A stretch of DNA of 64,000 bases from Potamilus streckersoni (lineage: Eukaryota), in NCBI GenBank assembly GCA_016746295.1, contig JAEAOA010001935.1, forward strand, positions 2,674,024 to 2,738,023, written 5' to 3'. Shown in pieces: positions 1 to 12,534 of this stretch. Under the pieces are notes generated by a model, which was not told the DNA's origin, did not search any database, and saw only the letters and a list, made by a program, of their open reading frames with translations. How positions within the stretch are numbered: the stretch's first letter is position 1; each line of letters begins with the position of its first letter. The translations under genes were made by a program, and so were the position numbers.

Positions 1-461
1 TGTAACATCATTATCAAAAAATACATGAACTATATTGTCAATATTATTAGATCATCTGCCCAACCTCTTATTCGTTCGTCATTTTCAGTCGCAAATAACC
101 ATACTGATCAATCTTTTGGTGATATAAGATAACCAATCTTGTTGATTCAATTGCTTATTATTTTAGTTGTTAGCCACTATAGCTAGAGGCTGATTTGATT
201 GAATTAAATCTTTTAAAAAGTCTGTTTGTCATATCAAATCCAATATGTCGGACTGTATTATAATGATACATTTTATATATTTTTTATTTTGTTCAATATG
301 AAAAATCTATTGAGCTAGAATCCCGTTTTTGTTTAAAAAAGTTCATCATATTTTAGATAAAATTTTGGAGAAGGGTGGTTTTTGAGGGAGAGGGGGTCTC
401 TGATGTGGTAAAAAATGTCAATATATTTATTTTAGAGGGGTTTTTTTTTATAGCTAAAACC

Positions 462-860
462 CTATATGATTTTAAAACCACAAATACATATACTGCTATA
501 GACGCTTGTTATCTCAAGTCTCTGGAGAACTTCAGTTTCAGGAGTCTTGTCCTGCCATTTGATGTGAAGCAATTTTCTGAGGAAGCGCATATAGAAGGAG
601 TTAAGCTGTTTTGCATGGCGACTGTACACCGTCCATGTCATACGGGCATACAAGAGGAAAGGCAGTACTACTGCGCGGTGCACCTTAAGCTTGGTTTGCA
701 GGTTGATTCCTCTTTTGTTCCACACATTAGTGTGAAGTCTGCCGAATGCTGCACGTGCACGAGCTATCCTGTGTGACCTCTTCATCGATGGAGACTGTGC
801 GTGACAAGGTGCTGCCAAGGTAGATGAACTTGTCAGCAACAGTGAGCGTCTGGTCTTCAA
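462..860 (-). mobile_element. LINE (CR1/L2/RTE-like) ORF2 C-terminal fragment, 5'-truncated
   Basis: The minus-strand ORF reads ...AFGRLHTNVWNKRGINLQTKLKVHRAVVLPFLLYARMTWTVYSRHAKQLNSFYMRFLRKLLHIKWQDKTPETEVLQRLEITSVYSSI*. This matches the conserved C-terminal tail of CR1/L2-type LINE ORF2 (KxKxYxAxVLxxLLYGxETWTxYxxxxKxLxxFHxRCLRxILxIxWQDKxTNxEVLxR). There is no intact reverse-transcriptase core. Confidence 0.7.
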
Positions 861-907
861 CGGTAATGCTGGGTTGAGAACAGAGGATCATAGGTCAAGG
901 GGTCATG

Positions 908-908
<1 letters not shown>

Positions 909-960
<52 letters not shown>
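909..960. repeat. (CA)n microsatellite, about 26 units
   Basis: Perfect CA dinucleotide run, visible directly in the sequence. Confidence 0.95.
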
Positions 961-962
<2 letters not shown>

Positions 963-1924
963 GTACTGCAAATATATAAAATCATGTAAAAGAAGCTAAA
1001 AATATGTCGCAAGATTATGTTAAAAACGCTTATGAAATATTAGCTTTAGTTTCAGGCTGCTTACTATACTAGCTCTACCGGCTGTGACTGATTAACCACC
1101 CACCCCTGCAATAAACCCTGCGGGCGCCCATGCCTGCATTGAAAGGGGAGATTACACTTATTGGATTTGGAGCGCACATTTGTACATGCTGCATTAGATT
1201 GGACAAAATAATGTAACACGTGCTGTAAGGTAGTTAAATAATGCAGTCGATTTCTTGTAGCGCGCCATAAAAAAAAACAATAAAAAAACAACAACAAACA
1301 AACAAAAAACATAATAGAAATGAATCGAAGCAACTGCAGCCTGCTCTGATTACGCAAGTGCCACTGAGAGCATCAAGGCCTTCCTTAAAATTGACTTGGA
1401 AAACATCATGTAACATAGATTTTTTTCGATGAATTTCTAATATAATGTTTCTTAATTGGTTGTGAAATGTTCATTTTTCATTTCTAATCAATTCGGTTCA
1501 TTTTACTAGAACCTCATAAAACAACAGAAGAGTGATCAGATATGAAAGTATTTTATGAGTGGTTTTATTAAATTCATCAACCTTTTTTGTTATTTTAGGT
1601 GAGGTTTTATTAAATCCTCAATATTTTCTTTTCTTTTTAATTGTTTTTTTTTTGAGAGGGAGAGGGAGATGAACTATCCATGAATTCTTATTTTGCTCCA
1701 CATATTTGCCATAATGAGTATGTATTTTTACAAGTTAAAATCTTGTTATAGTGGTGAGCATATAACTTTCTTAGTGAAGATTTTATAGCAAGTCTTCTAA
1801 CTGTATAAAAAATTTTCTGCTTGAATATATTCTCTTATTTTATCGTGGAACAAAGAAAGTCTCCGGTAACTATAATCACCATTTTAAATACTTACACAGG
1901 TCTGAAAATCTAAATATTTGCCTT

Positions 1925-2560
1925 CATTAGTATCGTGATCCGATTCCTCCGCACACGAGGACATAAAGTCTTTACTTGTTTATAATTTTCAGGCATGCAG
2001 AGTTGAGAAAGACAAAAAGGTTGGTTTTTTTTTTAATATAAAAAACTATCCTAATGTCGTCCTCATAATAATCGTTACAAAATTATTATTTTGATGGTTA
2101 ATTGATTTGACCGTCAAATGATATTGGAAATCGATATTTTGCATTGTTGTTTTAGAGAAAATTTAGATACTGATAATATAGATGTTGAATTATCACACAT
2201 AACTTGTAATTTCAATAGTTTTAATCGGCAGTTGAATTATAATATTTACGTTTTCTCTGTAACAAGAAAATAAAATCTTTTAAGTTTTAGACTGCACCCC
2301 AACGGTTTATACTTTCATATATTTATGAATTTTGTCTATGCATAGAATAACACCATTTACTTAGTAATGTCTCTAAGCTTCACCGTGGACTTAAGGATAT
2401 TAAACAATCGAAATAAATTAACCATTGAAATAAAATAATAATTGTTGTAACGATTATCACGAGGACGAGAAAAAGGCGTTTAAAAATAATATTTTGCCGA
2501 TCTCAACTGAATGCCTGAAAATTAACAAGTACATTTTATCCATATGTGCGGAGGAATCGG
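1925..2560. mobile_element. Foldback/MITE-like element with long inverted arms
   Basis: Arm 1 (about 1925-2090, ...cattagtatcgtgatccgattcctccgcacacgaggacataaag...ttttcaggcatgcagagttgag...tcgtcctcataataatcgttacaa) is the reverse complement of arm 2 (about 2400-2560, ...ttgtaacgattatcacgaggacga...ctcaactgaatgcctgaaaattaacaag...tgtgcggaggaatcggttacaatactaatcaag). Identity is about 80% over more than 120 bp. The central 300 bp is AT-rich. Confidence 0.6.
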
Positions 2561-2689
2561 TTACAATACTAATCAAGAAAATTTTTCGATCGGCAGAATC
2601 ATACAACCTATTTGAACAGAGAAGTGTGTGACTTAGATTTTTAACGTAGCTTTCAGTCATATCGCTACAATGTCTGCATTGTGGCAGTT

Positions 2690-2925
2690 TATAGTGATGT
2701 ACTGCACTGGGGTATCATGCCGCAGGCATTAACATCATTTCCTACCCAGTCATATTATACTGCCACCAGGCCAAACACTAACCTCTTAATGCTGAGAGCC
2801 AAGCGAGGCAGCTGTTAGTACCATTTTCACAAGTCATTGATATGACTCGACCAGGGTTCAAAACCGCGACCTTCCGCATCCGAGGCGGACTCTCTAACCA
2901 CTATACCACAGGAGCGGTCTATGTA
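2690..2925 (-). mobile_element. tRNA-related sequence on the minus strand: SINE head or tRNA pseudogene
   Basis: The reverse complement of 2847-2925 reads GACCGCTCCTGTGGTATAGTGGTTAGAGAGTCCGCCTCGGATGCGGAAGGTCGCGGTTTTGAACCCTGGTCGAGTCA. It has D-loop (box A) TGGTATAGTGGTTAGAG and a T-arm-like GGTTTTGAACCC, but an imperfect acceptor stem and an aberrant T-loop. A poly(A/GA) tract lies at 2925-2958 on the + strand. The body boundary, extending to about 2690, is uncertain. Confidence 0.4.
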
Positions 2926-3087
2926 AAAAAAAAAAAAAAAAAAAGAGAGAGAAAAAGTAAGATATATTCATGCCGACAAAAAATTTTTACAAACGGGAAG
3001 ACTTGTCATACAATCTTTTACCGACTCGGAGGTTTATATGTTCACCACTATAACGATATTTTAATTTGTTGTAAATTAAGTATCATT

Positions 3088-3255
3088 GTGACTTGCACGT
3101 GGAGCAGAATCCAACGATAATCAATACAGACCAATATCTTTACAACTTGCATGTGGAGCAGAATCCAGCGCTTATAATCCATATAGCGACCAATATCATT
3201 ATGACTTGCATGTGGAGGATAATCCAGCGATAATCCATGTAGCGACCAATGTCAA
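3088..3255. repeat. Minisatellite, about 57-bp unit x3
   Basis: Tandem copies of gacttgcacgtggagcagaatccaacgataatcaatacagaccaatatctttaca. Confidence 0.8.
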
Positions 3256-5205
3256 TCTCGATATCGAAGATTTAATAAAGCCACATTTAAAATACTTTCA
3301 TATCGGCTGCTTTTTTTTTTTAACAGCATTTCAGTGTGTGTCTCACTCGATGCACCACTGTTCAAATGTTTTTCACTCTTGACCCAATAAGTATAATCTC
3401 CCCTTTCAACGCAGATGCACGCTATGTTCTTTTTAAAAAGTTGATCACTTGACTATTATGTTCGTTCATTTTGTCAATAGTGTTTGTTGCATCTTTGTTT
3501 CAATTTACGCTAGCTTATCACGCTTAATTTTTGTTTCATTTATATTAGGTTTATTTCGTTTAGCGTTTGATTGTTTCATTTGTATTTTATTTGTTTCTTT
3601 TTTAATTGCCTGTTTTCATTCTACCTCGTTTGTTTGTTTTGTTTTGTTTTTTTTTTATAAAAAAAAAATATATATCTTATTGTTTTGATTTCATTTGGCG
3701 CTTGCTTGTTTCATTCTTATGTTATATGTTTATGTTGACATTTATCTGTTTCGCTTGTGCCACGTTTGTTTGTTTGAGAATTGATCTTATTGTGTGAACG
3801 TTAATATTTTTATTTACAATTGTACTTCTTTTATTTATTTTTTCTTGATTTATTTGAAAATTACTGATTTTGTTTAATTTCATAATTTTGGTGGTGATGG
3901 TTTTCCATAGCAAGTATTTATAAAGGTAAAATACAAGGAACCAGTTTAGCGGAAATATTGGGAAACAACTTGGGATAACCCACAATTTGGAATATTAACC
4001 AATATCACCGTTTCTCAAGAAATTTACAGACCATGTGAAGAATATAATTAAGCATACGAGCAAATGTTCTGAGAGTATGATGACGATGAGAACTTTGCCC
4101 GTGAGAATTTCGATATATTTTGCAGTGATAAATAATCTGTATCTCATAAGTGATTGATAAAATAACAAAAAAAAAAGAACATATGAATGATGATGTTTGT
4201 ATCTGATTCTGTATTAATGCTTTGTCATGACAATAAAGACCAAAGCTATCAAACTTTCATGTTAGTTAAAATTGTATTAAAATTTATTGAAATTTATTTT
4301 GATTTAGACCAATAAATAAAGAGAATGTAATTCGTATAATTTCGATTATTGTTATGAATCTAAATGATAATAAAGATAGAAAACATTAAGAAAAGTATTC
4401 ATAAAAGGGGCATGCCTGAAATTTTCTTTAAAAAAAAATGTGTTTCCTATTGCACTGGTTATAAAATTTGGGTAGGTTGGTATTTGTTTATTTTATTTTA
4501 ATAGCGTCTTATACAATGTACTGAGCGCTTTAGGTACTGGCAAGAAGCGGCTCAATTGTTGCACAAATCAATTTCGGAATGTTTATATATTTATTTGTTT
4601 GTTTTTTTAAAAATATTATTGGATTTATTTTTAGATATGGGGAAAAAAAGTCCAAGTAGGCAAAAAGGAAAAAAAAAAATGGGGACGGTCGGCAAACCGG
4701 AAACACTTCTCTTTGGTTTGGGGGGGGGGGCCTAATGAACATTATGTGTAGAATTTCTCCTCAGAAGCTTGAAAATGGTCATATATAATATAATTTTTTT
4801 TAAAATTATTTTTAACATGTTTGTTTCCGATATTGCTTAGACCAGGTGTACTATTGATGTTGCAACACGTTTAGTTTGTGAATCGCAAATAATTCATTAG
4901 CATTTTGCTTTGACCTGGTGTGATTCAGATGCTACAGTATACGTTAAAAATATATAATATGCTGAGGATAGTGATATTGTTCAAGAGGTCAGATAATTTA
5001 TGTGTAAGAGCATAAAATATAACATTATGCCAATTAAACCTTTAAGGAAGCTTTCTGATCAAGTTTGAAATACGCCGAAAACCCCATGAATGTGATTTCT
5101 CGAGAACGTTTATCGCTTATTGGAATTCGTGTTTGACAGTTTAGTATCTCAAGAAATGGTCTGTTCCAAGTTGTTGTTCAACAGGAAGCAAAACATTGAT
5201 CGAAA

Positions 5206-5430
5206 ATGTCTAAATATTCCAACTCATCCAATCCTTTCTATGAAAGAAATGATGAATATGATATTAAACGCGAGATGTCCCATCCACAAAACCCATGGGA
5301 TCCGCAAGAGGACGGAAAACGCAGAATACAGGAACAAATAGAAGCCTCAGAAAGCCGACAGTTGGAGAGCTCTGCGCGAGCTCTCGCCAGTCTGAATGAG
5401 TCAGAGAGTATGGGGATCGCCACAGCCGAG
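5206..5430 (+). CDS. SNAP29: SNAP29 (synaptosomal-associated protein 29) coding exon 1, from the start codon
   Basis: The ATG at 5206 sits in a Kozak-like context (gaaaATGt). It opens MSKYSNSSNPFYERNDEYDIKREMSHPQNPWDPQEDGKRRIQEQIEASESRQLESSARALASLNESESMGIATAE. An NPF motif lies near the N-terminus, as in human SNAP29 (MSAYPKSYNPFDDD...). The segment ...RQLESSARALASLNESESMGIAT aligns with human ...[25 protein letters not shown]. The donor is GCCGAG|GTTTAT at 5431. The 225 nt end in phase 0. The extent of the 5'UTR is unknown. Confidence 0.85.
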
Positions 5431-7762
5431 GTTTATTTTCAGTTCATAAATATATTAGGATTTTTTTTCCCGTTTACACACATATTGTTTTTGGTCGAAA
5501 ATCTAATTTGTAACAAGAATGAATGATTGTCTTTTTTTTATGTAAGTGATATTCATAAAGTGTACAAAAATATCCCACATCTCTATTGAAAATGGGTCTC
5601 ACTAAATGCTGCTAAGCGTAACAAAACATCACAAACCCTGACCAAGCCAAACAAAGCCTCACAAAGCCAATCAAAGTCTAGTTTTCAACATATTTATGCA
5701 GAATTAAATAACCCAAAATTGGGCCACAAGGTTCGAAATCGAATAATGAAAAAGTAAAAACAGAATCTGACAAAATCATATGTAAACTGTTTATTACTTT
5801 TTATAAATTGTTCATTTAACTTATCACCGATTTTATTCTTAAAATACAAATTGCTATATAAATACTGTTGTTAAAGTTTCAAAACACAGGTTTGCATATT
5901 TTTGTCATCTAAGGATAACTTGCGTAAATCTGGTAGAGATAGGAGCCTTAGTTGCCAATTCAGGGAAATGGTTAATGGTCAGTCAGCTATCAAAACGAAT
6001 GCCTGTGTTTATGCAAGAGGTAGTTTATCAGCGTAATTGATATTAAAACTAGGTCTAGCTACTGATTGCTTGAAGAATACCTTGCGATACAACACAATAC
6101 TAGAATAAACCTGTCAAAGGCAAGAGGGCATCTCAAAAGTTTAATTTGTTGATGTACCATTTAAAAAAGTCGTAGGGCGAAGTTGTTTCACTTTTCTAAG
6201 AGAAGAAGGTGAAGTTTACATTTTTTAGGCAACTTAATCGCCCACTTCGCCTGGCAGCGTGACCCCTGATGTGACAGTATTTATAGCTGATAACCATGAA
6301 AACTTTTGTAAATGGGTATACCAAAACAAAATATTATATCCTTGCTATTATTTGGAGAAAAAAAATAATTGTCTTAAGTAAAAGAAAAGAAAATATTTCT
6401 GCTAAAAAGATGATCACTGTCCCAGGAGAGCAAATAAATTGGGCTGGATAAAAAAAACCATTGAAACTGAAATTGCACCAAGTAAACTACAAGAGTATTG
6501 TTCGTCATAATGGTATGTGTAGACTTTCTTTGGGACTTATCTAAGTGTTTATATAATCAATGATACAAAGTTGCAGTTGCCAATCAACACATTAAGGTAA
6601 ATGTCTTGGTTACAGGACATACACATGTAATATATTTAAGGTTTTGTTGATGTTGTTGTTGTATCTTAAATCTATTGTAAGGTTTTAAAAATCAATTATT
6701 AATAATTAAATATGAAATTATCAATAGCTCTCTCTCTTTTTCTCTTTCTGTGTTGACCATCATTTTGAGAAAAGGGCGAAAATCCATGAAAAGATGAGAA
6801 TTGTGGAATTTTACTTGTGAAATACCACAATGTCTCTAGATCTATGAAGGATGATGGTAAATGTTAAGAAAAACCAACCAAAGCAAAAGAGAGAATTTTA
6901 TGGTCTGTAGTAATGTTAATTAAAGCAGATTAACAACATAGATCAATTTTCAATATATTAACTATTTCAGTTACATATTGTTGGCTAATCATTTCGCTAA
7001 GATTCATTCTATTCCATGCTAATTTCCATGTGCCTGCATTATTCAAGAATCTGTTTGTTTGTAGTGCCCTACTTTCTTCATAAAAAACATTTTTCATGTA
7101 TAAATCATAGGAGTGACTTATATTGATTTAATCAATGTGAGTTTCTGTCACATCAATATGGACAAACACTTTTTGATAATCAATATAATTATAATCAATA
7201 TAATAATAAAAATCATCATTATCATCATAATAACCATATTTGGATTGTTCATGGAGCTTTCATAGTTGTACACAACACTGTCGGCTGAGTGAATGCACAC
7301 AGAAGACTCATAAGGGTAAAAATAGTTTTAAATCATCAGAGGTCAACCCATAACACTTTGCATGCATCCAACACTTGCACTTATCACAAATAAAGGAACC
7401 AGCACCACAATTAAGTCCATATAAAGCACAAGTCCAGTTCATATTTTTGTCGTTTTTTTAACAGAAGTACTATGCATTTTGGAATTTAAACTTAAATAAG
7501 ATGTTTGTTAAATATAAACAAGAAATATAACTTAGAGAAATCTAAAAGATATTTGATGAAGTAACATGGAGTATTTTTTTTTGTACCAATATTTACCTGT
7601 CCCCTAGTATTAATAGGTATCATTTGGTATGTTGCATGCTTTGAATTTGTTGGTTATTCATAGATATCAGGTGTTACCTTTTGGGGGTTTGCTTTTCAAA
7701 TTAGGAATGATATCAGTACCTTATGTGATGACTTTGCATGATTTTGTCTGCATTTTATGACG

Positions 7763-8017
7763 GGGCCCCAAGTGGCAGAGAGGTCTAAAGCGCTGTCCGT
7801 TACGGATCACTGCCATCTCTCCTCTGTCTGCATGAGTTCGAGCCTAGGATTTGGCGAATGTGGATATGTGAGAAAGCTTGCCAGTAGCTTCCCGTGGGTC
7901 GGTGGTTCTTTCTGGTGATTTCCTGGTTTCTTCCTCCACCATTAATACTGGCTGCCATGTATAGCCTATCGTGTGCTGAAAAATGGCATTAAGCCCCACA
8001 TCAACAACAACAACAAC
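7763..8017 (+). mobile_element. tRNA-derived SINE, family B copy 1, with 10-bp target-site duplication
   Basis: The head GGGGCCCCAAGTGGCAGAGAGGTCTAAAGCGC...ATCACTGCCATCTC...GAGTTCGAGCC has tRNA-like A and B boxes. A central conserved GTGAGAAAGCTTGCCAGTAG is followed by 3' ...CCTCCACCA-TTAATACTGGCTGCCATGTATAGCCTATCGTGTGCTGAAAAATGGCATTAAGCCC and a (CAA)5 tail. It is flanked by a perfect direct repeat attttatgac at 7753-7762 and 8018-8027. It lies inside SNAP29 intron 1. Confidence 0.85.
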
Positions 8018-10224
8018 ATTTTATGACATTGTGTGCCTGTGTGAAAAACAGTAATTTGTCAGTAATTTATTAAAATATATTTTTTTTAAAATAAGCATTT
8101 TAGTTATGATTTGTCAGTATTTGTGTGCTTTTTTTATGCTTTGTCAAACATCATCACATTTGTCGAGTTTGCCACCTTATGTTTGATAAAATGTACTTAA
8201 AGACAACAGCATTTTATTTCCATAGTATATCCAAGTAACTCATAAAAATACAAAACATTTCAAATATGATTTTGTCTGACTTTGTTATTATCCAAATTAA
8301 TTAATGTCCCAATCCAAATTAATTAATGTCCCAGTTCACAGTCTAATAATGGAGTACAAATATAACCCTAGTCTTTTGGTTTGGTTGATTTATTCATCAA
8401 TCTGATATTGCAACATAAATACGCCTTCCTAATATGACTTTTTCTTGCTTTGTGTACCTTTGTTATGTTTTGTTGAATATAGACAAAAGTTTATAAAAAA
8501 AATTGATAACTTATTATAACATATATTTTGAAAGTTGCATTTACTGTCCATAATCAGTCAACCCCCCCCCAAAAAATAATGAGAAACATTTCAAATATGT
8601 TTGTGTCAAGACTTTATCAATACTTTATGTTATAATTTTTTAAATTTGAACTTTGTTGTCCAGTTTTCTGTAATTATTTTGGCATAATTATGTTGAAACT
8701 TAGTCTTTTGGTTTGATTAATTTATTCATAAATATAATTAACAATATTAATACACTTTTTTTAAACTTGGCTTTGTGTCGCTTTTTCAGGCTTAGCAGTA
8801 GGACTGATTTGAAATACAAACGAAAATGTGATTTCTAAATGTCAGCAAGAAGACCTTCCCATGATTTTTTTGAACTTGTAACCAAGAAAAACCTATTTAT
8901 CTTTTAGAATCATACAAATAGATACAGGATTTAAAAAAAGAAATATTTAACAATATTGCATCTTAATCCAAGTTTCTAATTCTGCTAAAAGTTGTCCCAC
9001 ACCTACTTTATTGTGTGCTAACCAACTTGTCAACTTGGAGCTTGAACAAGATTATTAAGATATTTTTAGGTATTTAGAACTTTTCAGTTATTTGATTACA
9101 TCCTATTTATTGTGGTTTCTCTTCAACTTGATAGCTTGGTAAATTTTAAAAATGTTTAAATTTTGCTAATTGTTTTTAAAAAATTGGTTTAGTTTGCTGA
9201 ATATCATTAGCCAAGTGTCATTATTACATTGAACTCTCTAAGATAATCTATAAACCTGACCTAGTTTCTTGGTTGTAATGCTGATGGAAAGATTCCAAAG
9301 TAATTTCCATAGCCCTGTGCATAAACATGGCATGTTTTTAAAAGACATGCACAAAATAGACTAACATATCATGAGTCATGAAAACATAGGGGTAGTATCT
9401 GATGTGTCCAGATAGTATTATTTTGAACGGAATGTTCTAATGATAATAACCAATTTTCAAACCATAAGCATTGCAGTACTTTATTTTCATAAGTTGGTCA
9501 AATTTGGTGTGCATTTTATGCGAGTATTGGTAATAGAAACCTTTCATGTACAGAAAAGCCCAACTGTGGTGTGATCAGAATATGTAAAATGGGATGGGAA
9601 GGGTCAGAGAAAACTAGGATTACAAAAGGGAATCTTATTTAAATTGTTATTATTTACAAAATTTGCCTGATACTGAGAAAATCAAATAGAAGTCAGCCCA
9701 ATTTAGTTATTCAGATTTATTATACAAATTTAATAGTACCGGTAACCCAGAATGAATTTCACAAATGAGACTCTTTTAAATTTGAAAGTTCATTTTCATA
9801 CATGATTTATGATTAGACCTGGGTCCATAGTATTAGATAATTCTTGATTCTGCAGCATGCTATAGTTTCATGCATCTGTCAAATTATTTTTGCAAAGTAT
9901 TGTTAAGTTGATGAGCACCATTATTAGTGTGATTACAGTGACCAGCACCCCCCCCACACACACATTGTATTTCTCTGAATACTTGGAGCAGAAAGTGCAC
10001 AAGATCACATCCATGTACATTTTCCAAACATTTCTTACTCTTTTTTTTTCTTGATTCGTATTTGCAATCATACTCTCTCTTGTCATCATTTAATTTCTGA
10101 TGTTTTGGTGGAAGCTGTGCACCTTGCAAAACCATCCACATTGTTTTGGGAAATATATCAAATATACAAATGGATTTAAATAGAGTCACTTGCCCTGAGT
10201 CAGAGTCTGTTTCTTCAATAGAGC

Positions 10225-10535
10225 TACATTCATTTACTGCTAGTTTGACATTTAAACTGTTATACTTCAACAGGGACACATTCATTTACTGCTATTTTGA
10301 CATTTAAACTGTTATACTTCAACAAGGACACGTTCATTTACTGCTATTTTGACATTTAAACTGTTATACTTCAACAGGGACACATTCATTTACTACTATT
10401 TTGACATTTAAACTGTTATACTTCAACATGGACACATTCATTTACTGCTTTTTTGACATTCAAACTGTTATACTTCAACAGGGACACATTCGTTTACTGC
10501 AATTTTGACATTTAAACTGTTATACTTGACATAAG
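10225..10535. repeat. Minisatellite, about 52-bp unit x6
   Basis: Tandem cattcatttactgctattttgacatttaaactgttatacttcaacagggaca. Confidence 0.85.
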
Positions 10536-11329
10536 CACATACAAAAATACTTTAAATTTACTAATTTTCTGCATGCGTTTTCCTTTCAAAATAGGTCAGA
10601 AAAAAATAATTTGATGTTGCCTACTTAAATTTTGATTTGATTTGATTTCAATGAAACCAATTTTTTGTCTGGGTCTTGATGTAAATGTTCAGTGGTTTCA
10701 TATTTAGAACACTGCAGTATTATACACGTTTATCTATAAAATTTCAAAACAGAAAAGAAATTGGAGAGGCATTGGTCTTTTTTTATATCAGTCAGACCGA
10801 ACAGTTGCTTTATTTTTGTATTACCATATATACTCACTTATTATTCAAGTCTAATTGCAAGGAGCAAAGAGCATAATGAATCTGCCGGTCAGCGACTGTT
10901 TATGGTCTACTGATTACTCCTAAAAACTGTGTAGACTGAGATCTACCAGCACATTATGTGACAGCAGATCAGGATCTGTGCAGTTTGCAGTTGGATTCAT
11001 TTTATAAGCAAGTATATAGGGAAGTTTAAGTCCTAATTTGTTGGGTGTGTCACAATTACCAACCAACACTACATCAATAGAGTCAGTGGCTACCAATTCT
11101 TGGAAATAAATAGACTAAAAATACAATGTAAATCTCAGTTACTTTTTATTGGATTTTTTATAAGTCACTAGTCTTCTAGCCTACTTTATTGATCTGTCAC
11201 ATAAATAGTGCTCATTTTTTGAACCAGAGATGCTTTAGCAAATCAGTCTTGGGCAGTCACCACTAGAATTGATCTTTTTTAAGCTGTAGGATTGAGGAAG
11301 GAGATGATATTCTCTAGCTATTATCTCAG

Positions 11330-11470
11330 AGACTTTTCATCACAAAGAGACTATAGGTTACCATCCTGAGTCATTTAGCAGCTTTACAGAGCACCATAAA
11401 TTACCATCCCAAGTCATTCAGCAGCTTAACAATCTCTATAGGTTACCATCCTTAGACATTCAACAGCTTT
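11330..11470. repeat. Minisatellite, about 46-bp unit x3
   Basis: Tandem ctataggttaccatcctgagtcatttagcagctttacagagcacca-like units. Confidence 0.7.
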
Positions 11471-12128
11471 ACAATGATGCATGCACTTGACTTCCACTAG
11501 ATAGGGGGGTGCAGGGGTAGAGGACATTCTCCACTAAACATGTCCAAGCAAATCTATTGACTAACTCTAACCTGCATTTATCATGTGATTTGAAACTACT
11601 TCATTTATGTTAGGAAACTGGAGATTGGAACTTACATATTCTCCTAATGTATAATGAGTAAAATAACTGAACCATTTGTTTTATTAAATAAGTTCCATTG
11701 ATGTTTCAAAAATTTGTTTCAATACAAATTATACAATAGTTGTTGAAATTTACAGTATGAGCTTGGTTGTTAAGGTTTTGTCTTTTATCAAGACAAATTG
11801 GGGGATAAACAGAGAAGTATTATATTGTGCAGTTTTTACATAGAAATTTATTGTTTGCTTGTTTGATAAAGTATTTGTCTAATTTCTCCATATTTTGTTT
11901 TCATCTGACATAACTATTTTATGATATCTGTTTGACATCAGTTTAATGTTACTGAGTATCATTACTGTACCATTAAGGTTAGTGAGCTTTCTTTACTAGC
12001 TAATTAACAATTGGAATATGTTTATTTCAATGAAGAGTGAAAAATACATTTATCACAGATTCAGTGCAATTTCAGGATCATCACCAGGTAACAATTATTG
12101 ACAGTTCTTTGACAATATCTCTTGTTAG

Positions 12129-12534
12129 GAATTGCTGAGACAAGGTGAACAACTTGACAACATTGAGAACAAGACCAGAAGCATCAATCAGTCATTAACA
12201 ACATCACAGAAACATCTAAATTCTGTCAAAAGTATATTTGGTGGAATAAAGAACTGGTGGCAGGGTGATAAGGAGAAAAATCCACTCCCAGCCTCAAAAC
12301 CTGAAGCAAGACCTAGCCAACTTCGAAGTAATATCGAAAAAAGTAAAGAGGCAGGACAGCACCCTGCCTTACGCCTACGAAGTGAAGATTACAGAGGATT
12401 TTATGAGGAGGATGATGTTTCGGACAGGAGATTTTTACAAGGAGCAAGAAAACTTGAGGAGCCTTCAACCAGTGAACCCATACTAAGATCTGTCACTCAT
12501 AGTGAAAAAGAAAAAGAAACTGATAAGAACTTAG
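12129..12534 (+). CDS. SNAP29: SNAP29 coding exon 2 (first SNARE motif plus linker)
   Basis: The acceptor is ttgttag| at 12127-12128. Translation is ELLRQGEQLDNIENKTRSINQSLTTSQKHLNSVKSIFGGIKNWWQGDKEKNPLPASKP...AGQHPALRLRSEDY...KNL. It aligns with human SNAP29 ([37 protein letters not shown]...ASHPNLRKLDD). The donor is ACTTAG|GTAAAAG at 12535. The exon enters in phase 0 from exon 1 and exits in phase 1. Confidence 0.9.

Noticed and set aside
375-776. ORF of 133 aa on the + strand
   Set aside because: It overlaps, on the opposite strand, the LINE ORF2 tail, which has clear family similarity. I take it as an antisense chance ORF.
5238-5423. ORF of 61 aa on the - strand, and the overlapping + strand ORF 5120-5341
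   Set aside because: They are antisense or alternative frames of SNAP29 exon 1. The SNAP29 frame has clear orthology, and these have none.
12265-12486. ORF of 73 aa on the + strand, in an alternative frame inside SNAP29 exon 2
   Set aside because: It is nested in the conserved SNAP29 frame. It shows no similarity to anything and is most likely a chance ORF.
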